Counted from the first letter of the stretch, positions 11,621 through 26,005 are shown. The stretch is 64,000 bases of DNA from Eledone cirrhosa (GCA_964016885.1 OZ024742.1:89466001-89530000); one strand, 5' to 3'. Notes: generated by a model not told the origin, from the sequence alone. Translations and numbers: made by a program.

Positions 11621-14119
11621 TGTTTGTAGATATAGGTCTCAGACTAGAAGTTTACAATGATCGCACGGGATGATTTAGTAAGTTGAAACAGAAAGATTCT
11701 CGTTTGCGTAGTGTCCTGTCTCATCAATCAGCTATTTCGTATTGAAATTATGTCCGAAATATCTGAGAAATAGCAATTGAACTTAATCGTCTGCATGAAC
11801 ATCTATGATCTCGCCTTGGCATGATATGAATTCAGAAATAAGCCTAAGATTCCATGTGCAAACAGATATACACAGTTACCGTGTTTATGTATATACGCTG
11901 AGACAGACACATATATGCACACACATAACGTGTAAAGCGCTGTGTATATGTGTGCAAAACATAAAAACATCATTAAAACATAGACTTGCTGACAAGCAAT
12001 AATTGAAATATTGAAAATTGATTATTGTTTCGATGTTAAACTCTACTATGAACACCCTTCTCTAGCATACGATATATATACAGGAAATCTGGATAGAAGT
12101 GAGTAATTCATATTTATTTTCTTCGGTCTCCTCGATTCTGTACTGGATATTCGTGCTAAAAGGTTTGGGGTGCTAAGCTGTCAATTACTCACCATCTAGT
12201 TATCTGCAAACTCAGGATGCCTAAAATAAAGGTAATCTAATAATTGGTAAGTACAGATCTATCTAGAGCTATAAAGTGGGAAATGCTGGCTGATGAAGAG
12301 GTGTCAACCAGGTATGCGGGTGATATTGCATCCAAATCCAGAGAAGTTCCTGAACAAACTGAGGACCTGGCAGTGTCTATTTCAGCTATTGAATTATGCA
12401 GATGAAAGCAGCACTGTGTGTCTCCGGCTGACTAGACATCTTGGTCATTCAGACATTTAAATGTTCCAATCGAGTAATGAAAGAGTCTGACAAAGCTTGG
12501 CTTGGAAATAAGTCTCCCTTTTAATTAAAGATGATTCACCCCGTTAATCTTCCCTTGCAAAGTTTACACTAAATCGCTGGCAAAGAGATGTAAAGATATT
12601 GTTGCGTCCAAATTAGCTGGCGAACTGTGAGGCTCATAAGAGTTATACAGGCCCCTCAGACAATACCCACAAAGAGAAAACGGACGTGCAGAGTTTTGTC
12701 AAGGAGACATTCTTTGCTCTCGTGCTCGAGGGTGCGTTGAAAGGCGATTAAGTAAGTGCGTGTGTAGCATGCCCGCGTAGGATTGCCTGATTTGGGGTCT
12801 GCGAATGTGTGTATTGGATGTACGGGTGTACTTGCGTGCGTGTGGGCTGGTAGCTTGGTGTATGGGGTGGGCCTAATTTTCGTGATACTGTGTTTGTGCA
12901 TCCATCATTGGCTGAATACTAACATAGCAACATCACTACTAAGAAGAATACATAGATGTATGTACCACACTTAAGCAGAACGCATATGCACGTAGTGCTG
13001 TCACCCATACCCCGCCCCCACCGCCCGCCCCGCGTCAGAAAGCATACAAAATAACTCTTCCACCTTTAGCCTCCTCCTCTCTTTTTTGTACACACAATGA
13101 TGCATACCAAAACCAGGGTCTCAGAAAGCAAACCACCCAATCCATCTATCAAAACTGACATGAGAAATGCGTACGCATGGAAATATACACACCCACCACA
13201 TAGGCAGAGGGAAGGACGCGACACCCATACAAAATAACCTCAACTCCACACTTACGCACACTAAAATTAGTTACCTCCACGCCCACTACCACAACAACGA
13301 AAACACCCACCAAAATAAAAGAATAGGGCAGGAAAGGAAAGTGAGGGGATCTGCGAGTGAGAAGAGAAAGAGATAATACTACCCTCAACTAGCCCCGAAA
13401 CCAGATTCTCTTGACCCCGTTTTCGACAATGTAGTAGTTTGCTTCCTTCCAAAATTTTACCCATCACCATTTACGACCATAACAGAGCTAACATACGACG
13501 ACAAAAATACATGAAGACGTAGATTTAGACACGCGCACACATCTAGGGAATGAGGGTGAATAATACATAACTGAAAGTGCTATGAGGGCGACTGTGCACA
13601 AGGACGCAGTGATCACGATAGAGCCTTCACCTCTATGCGACTATCGGCTACAGCCCCCCATCTACACCACGTTTTTTCCCACTTACCCCACATACCCTGT
13701 TGAAACAGTGTATGGAAGTAGCTGAAAATTAAAAATGAATTCAGTTATCCCCTCTCCTTTGAAACAGCGTGAACTCAGCCACCCGGCACTAACTTTTATC
13801 TCCACATACAATCTACTTTCCCAAGCACCGCGTACGGGGCTGAATATGGTCTTACTAGTTTGACTGGTAACTCCAAATCCCCCCCCCCCTCTCTCACTCT
13901 CTCTCTCTCTATATATAAATATTTTTTTTTTTTTTTTTTATACATAAACAGAGAAAGCCTTAAGCGATACTTCGACCAACTCCATCTCACTCAACAAACA
14001 TTAGGATATACCTAAGTATTATCACAATTTAGTGTTTGGGGTGCTAACTAATCAGTATTTCGTGGATAGCTGGTTGTATTATTTTATATGAGACATTATT
14101 AAATAAATATCTCTTTCCT

Positions 14120-14243
14120 TCCAGACGGCCGTTTCGTTATAAGATTTCTACAAGTTGGGATAAATAATTTCCAGGTTATGTAGAAACTTGTATATAATCC
14201 ATAGTTTCATACACAAGCAGGCTCTTATAAACTCATCAGTGGA
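14120..14243 (-). ncRNA. Type I hammerhead ribozyme, intact core, long stem II
   Basis: Minus strand reads ucca-CUGAUGA-guuuauaaga...ucuuauaac-GAAA-cggccg-UC-ugga: perfect 4-bp stem I, paired stem II base, palindromic stem III and a GUC site. Confidence 0.85.
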
Positions 14244-14386
14244 TACCCAAATAATATCGATATAAGAATCATATCGACATTAATAGAATAGTGATGGTCT
14301 CCCTCAACGTTAAGAAGAGACTGCGAGATTAAAAAATCCAGCAGTCTTCCCAATCGCATGTAGACATTTATAAATATATATATATA

Positions 14387-15097
14387 CCAGAAGTGTATCC
14401 CGGCGTTGCACGTGTAAGAACATTGGTAATAGCACCTCCAATGCGAAACCTTTATTTGTGAGTGCCGGTTAAAAACTCACGAAAATATACCCACAGGAAA
14501 CTTCTTTTATTTGGAGAAAATTAAGAAGTTGAAAGTACAGTTTAGCTGTCTACGTGCATTGTTCATAGATATATTGTTGAGCACCTTTGTTTCATAGTCC
14601 TCTATTTTGGCCTTTTTGGAGTAAATGTGAGAGAGAAAGTCACAGGTTAAGTTGGAAGAAGGCTCTAGTACAATAACAGTAAGGCGTAGGCTACTTACCT
14701 CAAAAGTTCATTCGCACTTTTTCCACTAAGATACTCTTTCTCTGTATCCCTCTCAGTGCTGTCCCTTGCGAATTTCTCGCGTAGGCCTGGTGTAGATTTG
14801 CACCCAATCCATCTGCCCGATGCACATGTCCGCTTTTAGGGTTTTGGAGGAAGCAGTGACCAGCAGTACGTTGTTCAGTATTTTTACGAAAAGTTATAGC
14901 AGAGAATCCCGCGTGAACTAACAGTTCGGGAGGAAACTGTTTACCTCGAAGATTCATTCGCCATCGTTCTTGTCAACGCTCCGTTTACTTGGTATGTGTT
15001 GGTCTACAGTTAGATGAATGGCGCACAAAGGGTTAATGTTTATTGGCAAGAAGATTTTGAATAATAAAAGACGGGTTAAAGCGACCTACAATGTTTC

Positions 15098-15110
<13 letters not shown>
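14387..15110 (-). mobile_element. Possible non-autonomous Helitron
   Basis: Minus-strand end CTGG|T next to (TA)n, preceded by an imperfect GC-rich hairpin (cccggcgttgcacgtg on plus). The 5' end is not defined. Confidence 0.35.
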
Positions 15111-15151
<41 letters not shown>

Positions 15152-15156
<5 letters not shown>

Positions 15157-15955
15157 CTGATTGGTGCAAGAAAATAAGTAAAGAAAGTTATTGGGACACG
15201 TAAAATAGGGTGAAACAAGCGAGACATGTAAACAAACATAGATGGTATGGCAACGGAAAGATAAGTAGAGAGGAGAAAAGTCCGTGAAATCTTATAAGCT
15301 TAAGCTTGGTGAATCATACACGAGAGATTCAGACCATCCGACCTGGGTGAGAATTGAGCGAGAAAAGGATTTCACACAGGTCAAGCTGGAGGAAGTGAGA
15401 GATACAGAGAAAGGGGAAGCAGTAAGAAAGAAACAGACAGGTCACAGCGGAGGAAAAAATATAAATATATGAAAAATGGAGTGCTGCGTTACACATGGGT
15501 TACATATGAATAAAATGAGTCCTTCATCAGTGATCTTCCAGCCTTCATTGGTATTTCATCGGTTTAAAGATCATATACCTCTGGTTGATGCGAGCAAAAA
15601 CTAAAGAAAGTTATTGGGACACGTAAAATAGGGTGAAACGAGCGAGACACGTAAACAAACATAGATGGTATGGCAACGAGAAGATAAGAAGAGAGGAGAC
15701 AAGTCCGTGAAATCTTATAAGCTTAAGCTTGGTGAAATCATAGACGAGAGATACAGACCATCCGACCTGGGTGAGATGTGGGCGAGAAAAGGATTTCACA
15801 CAGGTCAAACGGGAGGAATTGAGAGAGGGGAGAATCAGAGAGTGAGTGAGTGAAAGTGTGAGGAAGAGGCCAGCTGAGAGAGAGTGACTGGCAGAGGGGG
15901 TAAAAAGAAGGTGAGAGATACAGAGAAAGAGGAAGCAGTAAGAAAGAAACGACTC
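15152..15955. repeat. Direct repeat pair (~290 bp and ~375 bp) of an unclassified element
   Basis: 15152-15440 and 15576-15955 share tacctctg..aaagttattgggacacgtaaaatagggtgaaac..gaccatccgacctgggtgag; the second copy has an extra purine-rich segment. Confidence 0.8.
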
Positions 15956-16790
15956 TGGTTATGCTCATACCACTTCAGAATGTGGTAAATTGTTTACTTT
16001 GCATAGATGCCAGAGGATCACCCTGCCTATCACATCATGTCTCCAGCCCTTATAGTGAGTCTGGACTAGGTGTTTACACTCGGATACAATATGAGCCACA
16101 GTCTTCTCTCTCTCTCTCCACAGATCCTACACAGTAATCTAGCCTCCTCCTTGTAAATATGGTGTTTCACCCTCTTCGTTCTGAGGGCTTGCTCTTTCGC
16201 AGCCATTAGCATTATTTCTGTTGCTTTTTTAAGGTCTCCTCTTTTTAACCAGTTCTATGTCTGTGGATCTCTAAATTCAGTTTTCTTAAAGAAGGTACTA
16301 TGAAGGTATTTTTCATGAAGGTTGCTCTTCCTCCTTGTTGTGATTACCTCCTTGGACATCCCCTGGTCTATTGTCTTCTCCTTCAGTACAATTTTGGGCA
16401 TTGGCTCCCTACTGTCAGTCACGTATTTGTACAGGTTGTTTTTCTCCATCTGAACACAGTCTTCTAAGCTGATAAGACCTCTTCCACCTTAATATCTATT
16501 TAAGTAGAGTCTATCGACATCAATCCTCTTGTGGAACATGCTGTAGATAGGCAATAGCTTCCTAGTCTTCCTATCCATTTCCTTTTTGTTCAGCAACATT
16601 CCATTTCAGAATTCCCGCACTTTACCTAATAATAGACACAGCTCGGGAATTCACTGCACTTATGACATTCCTACTATTTAGATGTGACTTTAACACGCTC
16701 CTTACTCTCCTTATGTACTCAGATCTCATCAGTTCCTTCATTTTTTGTTCTTGGTGTCATCTGCCTCCAGAACACCTAAATATTTATTAT
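15956..16790 (-). mobile_element. Dong/R4-like LINE internal fragment (RT C-terminus to zinc knuckle)
   Basis: Minus strand gives YLGVLEADD, INSRAVSII, MDRKTRKLL, GGRGLISLEDC, WLKRGDLKKATE, CRICG..TVAHIVSEC and WRHD; same family as 4690-5400. Confidence 0.88.
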
Positions 16791-16867
16791 TATTACTAAT
16801 TTATTTTTATTTTATTTTTAGATGGTGATGATGATGTTTTCTTTATTAACCAATAATAATAATAATT

Positions 16868-17052
16868 GTTTCTACGTTTTGGCACAAGGCCATCAATTAC
16901 CCAGTGCATTACTGGTACTTTATTTTATCGACCCCGTATGGATGAAAGGCAAAGTCAACCTCGGAGGGATTTGAACTCAGATCGAAAAGGGACATAACTA
17001 TGCTGGAAAGCATGGCGTCCGACCCTCTACTGATACTGCCAATCCACCGCCC
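16868..17052 (-). mobile_element. tRNA-derived SINE
   Basis: Full-length match to the 9271-9457 family. Confidence 0.9.
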
Positions 17053-17497
17053 TTAATAATAATAATAATGATAGCGATAACGATGATGGCGATAACGATG
17101 ATGGTGACTCCGACAACGGCGATCCTGTTGAGAACGACGATAACGAGGAGGAAGATGATGGTGATAGCGATGATGCTGATGATGATGGTGATAATGAAAA
17201 GGCAAATGAATATGATGATGATTATTATGAAATCTTACGATCTAATAAATATCTGGAACAGGATTAATTATCCCACGATTCAGGTTTATTTTACATTTAA
17301 CTAATTTCAATAATCCATTTAATTATTTAATTTATTATAAAGTATCTATTGAAATTATGCAAAGGCGTGAGAAACTCTTAAACATCAATATTAATTTTAA
17401 CACATGCGTGGGAATTAAAGGAATTTGCTTCTGTGCTAGAACACCATAAATATGTCTCTCAGTTCAATATTAAATTGAATTAGGAGTCAAAAACAAA

Positions 17498-17645
17498 ATG
17501 TATAACATCATGTCGCAGATCCTGGTTATCACTGTTTGTATTCTACTGACTGTCGTTGGAACAACTGCATTGCATTATCCATGGCAAACAACATGGCATC
17601 CAACTCCTATACCACATTATTGGCCTCCTTACAGTCCTCAAACAA
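17498..17645 (+). CDS. Candidate first coding exon of a secreted protein (signal peptide + P/W/H/Y/T-rich stretch)
   Basis: caaaATG context; encodes MYNIMSQILVITVCILLTVVGTTA-LHYPWQTTWHPTPIPHYWPPYSPQT; ends at a phase-1 donor AA|GTAATT followed by AT-rich intron-like sequence; lies in non-repetitive DNA. Confidence 0.6.
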
Positions 17646-18418
17646 GTAATTATTCTATATTTTCTTTAAATATTTAAAAGTTAGTAATAATGTTACTCTA
17701 ATTTTAAACTCTGAAACATTTTTTAAAAATCTATCTGTATACCGAGGTTGATATAATTTTAACGATTTTGAAGTGATATTTATATTTATAGATATTTATT
17801 GGTTTTATATCGTGTAACGTGAATTCAATTTAAATTCCTAATTATCAATATTTCACCTGGTACGTCTCATTAGAAAATAAGGTATGACGATAATTCTTTC
17901 ATATTTCCTGTACACCGAAGTATTGGTCGTTCGGTGTCGGTAAGTTCAAACAAATTAATATATTTATGCCATATATTAGATTACACCGTGTAATAATTGA
18001 TTTTGTACTTGTCTCTGATGTCTTCTATTCGATACTGACTCTCTAAAGATTTAATTTGGGGGTTTGGCTACTAAGTTTATTGAAGTTGTGGAACACTTTT
18101 GTCGGAACATGATGGCATGAATTTATCTCTTTTTACAAATATCTACATTGAGACAGAGTGTTTTCGGTTATATTGGTAACAGTGTGTGATATTTTGGGAG
18201 AACCTTTACTCATAAAAATCACTATACCGAACTTGCATCAATTGTGATTGTCAGTTTTATGGATGCGAATGATAAGTTAAAATCAAATTATAATTACATA
18301 GTTTCCAGTACTGAAAAAAAAGAAAATAATGCTACTATAGTTAGGAGTGTGGTGGCGTTTAGAAAACCATAAAATGACAGTAAATGTACATTGTTGTATA
18401 CAGTTACATCCCATTAAC

Positions 18419-18502
18419 TTTCCGAGTTCAAATCGCATCGGTGTAAATATTGCTCTTCATCTTACCTAGGTCGATAACATAAGAACTATTCAAATACTGG
18501 GG
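18419..18502 (+). mobile_element. Diverged SINE fragment
   Basis: GAGTTCAAATC B-box followed by a degenerate body (cttcatc..ggtcgataa..tactgggg). Confidence 0.55.
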
Positions 18503-20119
18503 ACTATAGATTGCCCTATAATTTAGTGCTATGAACCTATCTTATATACTACAGTCAATAATATCTTTACATTTTGAGTTTAAGTACCAAATCTAGGGGA
18601 GTTTGTGTACACAGATAAACAGATATACAGTGATTATACCATTGGTTTTGGGACATAATTGATTTTTCTCCTAATCTATATGATGAGTTGCAGGTTGTCA
18701 CCTAGACTCGTAAGCTATATTTCTTTGTAGGCATTCATTTTTCAGTGGGCACTTATTAGAGTCTCTGCAGTTGCGTGTTCTGTTCAGTACCGTTGTATCT
18801 GCAGTGAGTTGTTATTTTTCTGTGGAAGAATGTGTTCGCTCCTGGTTCATGCTCATGTTAAGGGATGGATATTTACCGTTGCCTCGTACCACCCGCTTTT
18901 GTTCTGTCCATGGGACTTGCTCTGTCAAAGGTAATCCGGTCCACTCTTTGGTTTTTCGGCTGATTACTGTTGTATCTTAACATATTGTGATTGTTATTGA
19001 TATTATTGTTAATATTTCAGTTGTAGGGAATTTTAACGGAATAGGAATTTTAGAATGTATTATTTCCATTCATTGTTATGTTCACCACTCGCTTTTGCAC
19101 GGGATACGATATGCTGGGGCCGTAATTTACAAAGCCAGGATCGTTGTTCATGTTGTGGTTGTTGCTGTTAGCTTTACATCTATTTTTATTGTTATTTTTA
19201 TTGCCTATTTTGACGACTGACCAAATACTATAAACAATGACCAGTTCACTCGTCTGAAGCCAACCATAATGACAAAACATACTTTCTGTGAAATATGAAC
19301 TGATTAACCGAGGACTGCCCTAAGTATCAAATGAAACAATAAACTGGAGAATATTTTGGGGGTGAAAATAAGTGTGAATGTGCAAACACGAACCACGTCC
19401 AAATATAGACCAAAGAAAGTCCACGTCCAAATATAGACCAAAGAAAGTCCACGCCCGACGTAATACACAAAAGGAAATACATCTGTGGGTAACTCCATAT
19501 TCATGCTGAGCAGTGAAGAAACAAAACCTAAGCCAGCCAACTACTGTATCGGATTGATAATGACACCACTAATGATTATATAAGTAAAGTACTAACTGAC
19601 GAGAGCGTGTCTGATTATTATATAACTGATGCCATCTAAATACGTATCAAAGGATTAAGTATTAAATAGAATTTGATGAAATTATAACATACTCTCATCT
19701 AATTCATTATTATAGTAATACTCTGCTGTGCACACACTTCCGTTATACATAACGGTGGAACTACACCACGTCGAGTGCTCAATCCTGCTTACGATATTGA
19801 TTATAGATATGCACCTAAAAACAAACAAATGATTTATTCACACTTATTTAACATAACATAATCATATACATAGAGAAAAGAGACGGAGTGAGTGGAAAGT
19901 AAGTGGAAAACGATACAGCACATGGTGGTGGAGAGCTGAAATAATTTCGGATGGTGATTCTAGGATGAAAGATAACTGCTTGGTCCTGGTGCGAGTCACT
20001 AGAGATGCTTGATGTAATATAATGGTGGAGACAGAGAGATGCTGAGCTGAATGATTGTGGGAAACAGAAGTGACGATGTGTTTTTGCTAATCCTAGGTCA
20101 GGTGTTCTGCGAATCGATG

Positions 20120-22000
20120 TGTGTCTGCCTTGCGAACTTGTTGGTAGAGGTCATTAAGATACATTTGATAGAATATCAGTTTTTTGTACCAGTAGCTGAC
20201 AATAATGTCTCTTCCTGGTGTTTTCTTATGCTGGTGTTTTCCTATCACAGTATCAAGGGCATCCTCATTTATTTCGTATGTTTTTGTTGTAGTTTAAGAG
20301 CAATAGTTCGTTTTGATTTATTTCATCCACACTGCATCTTTGTTGAAATTCTTCTTTTCACCCCATATTATTCTCCAGAAGGAATCTATGTCTTTCTAGG
20401 ATGGGGCATCAGTGACCTTTATTACTTTGCCCTTCATATCTCTCTAGACTGATGTTTGGTTTCGTCTGAATCTTTAATGAAGTACTTTTCTTTCATCTAC
20501 CCTCTTCAGCTATCGGTGTTTCTCACTGACAACTCTCAATTCTTGTTTGAGGGTGATCAGCTTATATTGAAGTTTTCTGGTTGCACTATCACCAAACATC
20601 GTTTCTATTTTATTTTTCACTCTTTGTTGTTGAGGAGTGAAGTTTTATTTTTGTTTTTGTTTGCATGTAAGGAGCATTGTCACATATCCTATAGTTTTTC
20701 GTAGGTCAACAATCTTTTTTTCTATTTTAGTTATACACCTTCGTGTGGTTTTCTGCTAGCATGTGTAGTGTCCATATTGATATTATACGCAAATATATAT
20801 GCATGTAGATATGATATGTCAAATAAAATCGTAATTGACAATATGCACAGAAATTGAAGAGGGACTGTGTTGCACTCTCTTCTGTAATCTTTAAAGGAAT
20901 CCATGATACATTAAAAAAAGACGATATTATATATAAACTGCACTGCGGCAAATTTTATGAAAACGAAAAAGAAGAAAATTAGCGACAGAAATATAAACCT
21001 TATATAACGATGAAAATATATGAACGTTTACATAAGCAATGTAATAAGTGTTATGATATAATGAACGCTAACCGGAAGTGTTGACATTTCAAAATTTTAA
21101 AAGAAGTGAATCTTAAAATAAGCCATTATTATATATAAGAACAACTATATTTAATCAACAGCTAAGGAATTTAGTACATAAATTATGTAATATTCAATCA
21201 TTATTTATTCAAAGTAATCCAACTTATTTTACTGACGGGATAAAAAAATATATGTAGGACGCAGTCCCTCACTCCTCCTTTTATTATATTATGATATGAC
21301 GGTGTTTTTGTGGTGTTTTGTTCTTAATATCTCTGCTATCACCGATATAAGGCTTCATTGTCGTTGCTATATATAAACAGGCGTTGATTTTCCAAAATAT
21401 GGGGGTTTTAATCCGTCGTTAATATTCATCCCCATTTCGTCAATAGCACGTAAGATTTCATTATTTGGTTTTATTTTATTTAGTATTGTTGTTTTATTAC
21501 GTTCAGCAAGAGAAATGTTTATACATGAATTAATTTCTTTCTGGGAGATTTCGTTGCGAGAAAATTTTAATTATTTATACTTTTGATTATTATTATCGAT
21601 AGTGTTTCCACAACAGTCAAGGCAGACTCAGATGGTACACGTGGTCAAATTTCTTACGGGCATAGTTGCTTCAAGGCACTGTTTGACCTGGCTGCTAGAA
21701 GGTCTAGTAGCATAAGGACCTGTAGAACGTGTTGTTGATTCCATGTTTGTTCTGGGGGAATTACATTTAATAATATTTATCTTATTTTTATTTTTAACAA
21801 AATTCGTTTGTTGGCGTAATTGTTTGGCTGTGAAGTGAGTTAGCTCTAGGTGTATTTTCTCCCAGTTAGGCTTCATTCTATACATATAGCCAATGGAGGG
21901 ATTGTTTTCACCATTTTATAACAATTAAATAAATCATCATTAAGTTGGCAACTCCAAGAGAACTGCGATTTATAATTTCGGTTTCTTCTGTAGCTACAAC
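20120..22000 (-). mobile_element. Decayed N-terminal (pre-RT) part of a Dong/R4-like ORF, interrupted by a Helitron
   Basis: Minus-strand translation includes LTHFTAKQLRQQ, FWKINACLY, RF..NQ..V..DMKG and DSFWRIIWG. Confidence 0.6.
20727..21294 (-). mobile_element. Non-autonomous Helitron (same family as 53754-54280 and 54892-55434)
   Basis: Homologous along its length to those copies; 5' A|TC at 21294; degenerate 3' hairpin and CTAA end. Confidence 0.75.
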
Positions 22001-22379
22001 CGAATAAGTTTATTTACATTTCTCATTGATTTTCTCATTGGTTTTATTCGGTAAATTATTTTTGTTCCTTGTGTTCGGTAAATTGTTACTGTTGATGCTG
22101 TGTCCACCCATACTGTTTATACCAAACCCTTATAAAATGAAGTATATATTTAGTCAGATATCTCTACGAATTCGAATAAAAGGTGTCATCAGTGGATATA
22201 GTCAGAAGAATACCCAGTTATTCAACACGACTGTTAGTTGAGGCATTTCTGTCGGAGATATTATTCATCATAAATTCAATAGATAGTATCCCCGCCAAAA
22301 TGTGCAAATGATCGCGTTGACTTACTGTGTATGTATGTTCTTCTGGTTTTATAATTTCACAAATGGTTACCAATAGAGA

Positions 22380-22830
22380 GAGAGTCGGTTTCTAACATAG
22401 ACACAAGACTCTCATTGGAATTTAGACAACATCAACGAGGTAGATTATGTATGCATGTCTAGATATGGATGTTATTGTATGTGTGGATGTGTATGTTTTG
22501 AGTTGTATGTGTGCATGTGTATATGCTTTGTATCTGTACATGTGTATATGCAGTTATTAGATGCAAAATATTTGGAATGTTTTACATATTTTTACTGTTC
22601 CATTAATGGATTGCACTTGTAATTTCCTAACTAGTTGTGTTCTTTCTGTTCCTGTGAAGCCTAGCTTCTCAAAATTCGTATTGAGGCAGTTACTAACATA
22701 ACCCAGTGCCCCAATAATCACAGGCATAAATCTGAAGGTGTAATCAGGGTGGAGAATCTGCAGATTTCTCATCAGTTCTGCATAAATATTCTTCTTTTCG
22801 GTAATCTTTGTTATTATATTGGCATCTGCT
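22380..22830 (-). mobile_element. RLE-type LINE 3' end
   Basis: K..IYAEL..L..LHPDY..MPVIIGALG..KLQVQSINGTVKICKTF, followed by a 3' UTR. Confidence 0.8.
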
Positions 22831-22989
22831 GTGTATACACACCCACGCACGCATAAAAAAAAAATATATATATATATACATAAATAGAATAGACACACAA
22901 AATCATATAAAGATACACAATGTGTCATACATGAAAGGATGCAGCTTGTTATAAACATGTACATACATAGAAAATACATACATACACAC

Positions 22990-23069
<80 letters not shown>

Positions 23070-23104
23070 TTATATATATAAAAGAATAGAGGTGTAACAC
23101 ACGA

Positions 23105-23485
23105 GTTGTGATATATTAGTAAAAGGAAAAGAAAATGCTGACAAATTTTTCCCAGTGAAAAATAGTTTAATTAGGAATAATTATTGGTTATCAGTTTTAG
23201 GTTTAAGTTTTTACCGGTTACGCATTTCTAATGCTTTTCAAAAATGATTTTGAGGTAGAGCGTCCATGATGTTTGCTCTAATCTGTTATAATTGTTAATC
23301 TAATCTGATTAGAGCAAACTTCACGGACGCTCTATCTCAAAATTATTTTTGAACCGGTAAAAATTAAAACTAAAACTGAATACTAACCAATACTTATTAC
23401 TAATTTTTACTTATTCCTAATTAAACTATTTTTAACTGGGAAACTTTGTCAGCATTTTCTTTTCCTTTTACTAATATATCACAAC
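23105..23485. repeat. Fold-back inverted repeat (~180-bp arms)
   Basis: 23105-23283 is the reverse complement of 23307-23485 with a few indels; the left arm carries a decayed HHR-like motif on the minus strand. Confidence 0.92.
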
Positions 23486-23504
23486 GCTCAGCTTTATAAT
23501 AATA

Positions 23505-24360
<856 letters not shown>

Positions 24361-24462
24361 TATATATATATATATAGTAATAATAATAAATTTGAAGACT
24401 AAAATCCAAAGAGGGCTCGATAAGGATAAATATATATCAAATATATAAGAACCGTAGAGCAA

Positions 24463-25822
24463 ATATTTATTAAAATAACAGATTAAAGTTTAAGACAAGA
24501 ATCGCTGCTTTCACCCTTAACGGGATCTTCTGAAACTAACAAAGTCAATCTGTAAACGCAGAACTGGATATTTCAAAAAACGTTCAACCGGAGGAAGACT
24601 GGAAGACGATACTTTGGTTCGTGGAAACGTTCGCTGGTAAAGAACGGGAAAAAACGAATAATACGTCATTAATAGGAGCGGTGAAAAACAATTACACGCA
24701 AAGACAGAACCACGTTTATGGTATAAAAGAGGTCGTAAATTAATGTTCTCTTAGGTGGTGCATAGGGACGTTCTCTGGCAATGAACGAAAAAACGAAGAT
24801 AATACGTCATATGTGGAGCGTGGAGAACAATAGCACGCAAAGACAAAACCACGTAAATGGTATAGCAGAAGTCGTAGACTAAAATTCTAACTAGGAGACC
24901 AAATGAATCTCCGCTACAGAGTTAAGAACAAGTAAATAAATACAATACAGAAGTAATAGAAATAAATAAATACATACACGCAAACAAATACGTACATACA
25001 CAAGCATACGCAAAACCTTACCATACTCACGGGAGTTTTGCGTCTGTGTGAGTATGCGGGTTCGTACGTATGGGGGGTGTGTGTAATGTGTACTTCTTGT
25101 TTTAGTTGACCTACGTCTCCGAACATTCGTGTATTTATATGTAGGTATGTGTGTGCGCTTGTTATATACCTATTTATTTATTTATATACGTTTATATAAT
25201 TATTTATTTATTTGTATACACGCATACACACACACACATATTTATATGTGCGTGGTTTTGTATACCTATGGTAAGGTTTTGCGTATGCTTGTGTATGTAC
25301 GTATTTGTTTGCGTGTATGTATTTCTATTACTTCTGTATTGTATTTATTTACTTTTTCTTAACTCTGTAGTGGAGATTCATTTGGTCTCCTAGTTAGAAT
25401 TTTAGTCTACGACTTCTGCTATACCATTTACGTGGTTTTGTCTTTGCGTGCTATTGTTCTCCACGGTCCACATATGACGTATTATCTTCGTTTTTTCGTT
25501 CATTGCCAGAGAACGTCTCTATGCACCACCTAAGAGAACATTAGTCTACGACCTCTTTTATACCATAAACGTGGTTCTGTCTTTGCGTGTAATTGTTTTT
25601 CACCGCTCCTATTAATGACGTATTATTCGTTTTTTCCCGTTCTTTGCTAGCGAACGTTTCCACGAACCAAAGTATCGTCTTCCTGTCTTCCTCCTGTTGC
25701 AACGTTTTTTGAAATATCCAGTTCTGCGTTTACAGATTGACTTTGTTAGTTTCAGAAGATCCCGTTAAGGGTGAAAGCAGCGATTCTTTGCTTAAACTTT
25801 AATCTGTTATTTTAATAAATAT
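24463..25822. repeat. Long inverted repeat (~560-bp arms, ~240-bp spacer)
   Basis: 24463-25025 is a near-identical reverse complement of 25267-25822; each arm has an internal ~135-bp diverged duplication. Confidence 0.95.
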
Positions 25823-25939
25823 ATATATATATATATATGTAAAGTTATATTTAAAATTGTTGGGTTACAACTAGTAAATATTTATAACTGATATATTACG
25901 GTATGTCGAATATATTTATCTATAAAACTGTTTATATTG

Positions 25940-26005
25940 TATTTTGTCTGATGAAGGCATAGCATATTGTTAATATGATATCCCCGAAATATATATAATG
26001 AAATA
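25940..26005 (+). ncRNA. Type I hammerhead ribozyme
   Basis: uauuuugu-CUGAUGA-a-ggcauagcauauu/aauaugauauccc-c-GAAA-uauaua-UA-augaaaua; stem I pairs with G-U wobbles; stem II 11 of 13 pairs. Confidence 0.8.

Noticed and set aside
12280-12560. CTGATGA at about 12290 and weak RTE-like coding similarity
   Set aside because: No matching GAAA or stems for a hammerhead, and the protein similarity is too weak to call by eye.
19393-19455. 28-bp direct repeats resembling a CRISPR array or iterons
   Set aside because: Only about two adjacent copies with no spacers, in eukaryotic DNA; a simple tandem duplication.
18771-19540. Cluster of short ORFs as possible downstream exons or gag-like sequence
   Set aside because: No recognisable motifs; phase-compatible acceptors run into stops or give uninformative peptides.
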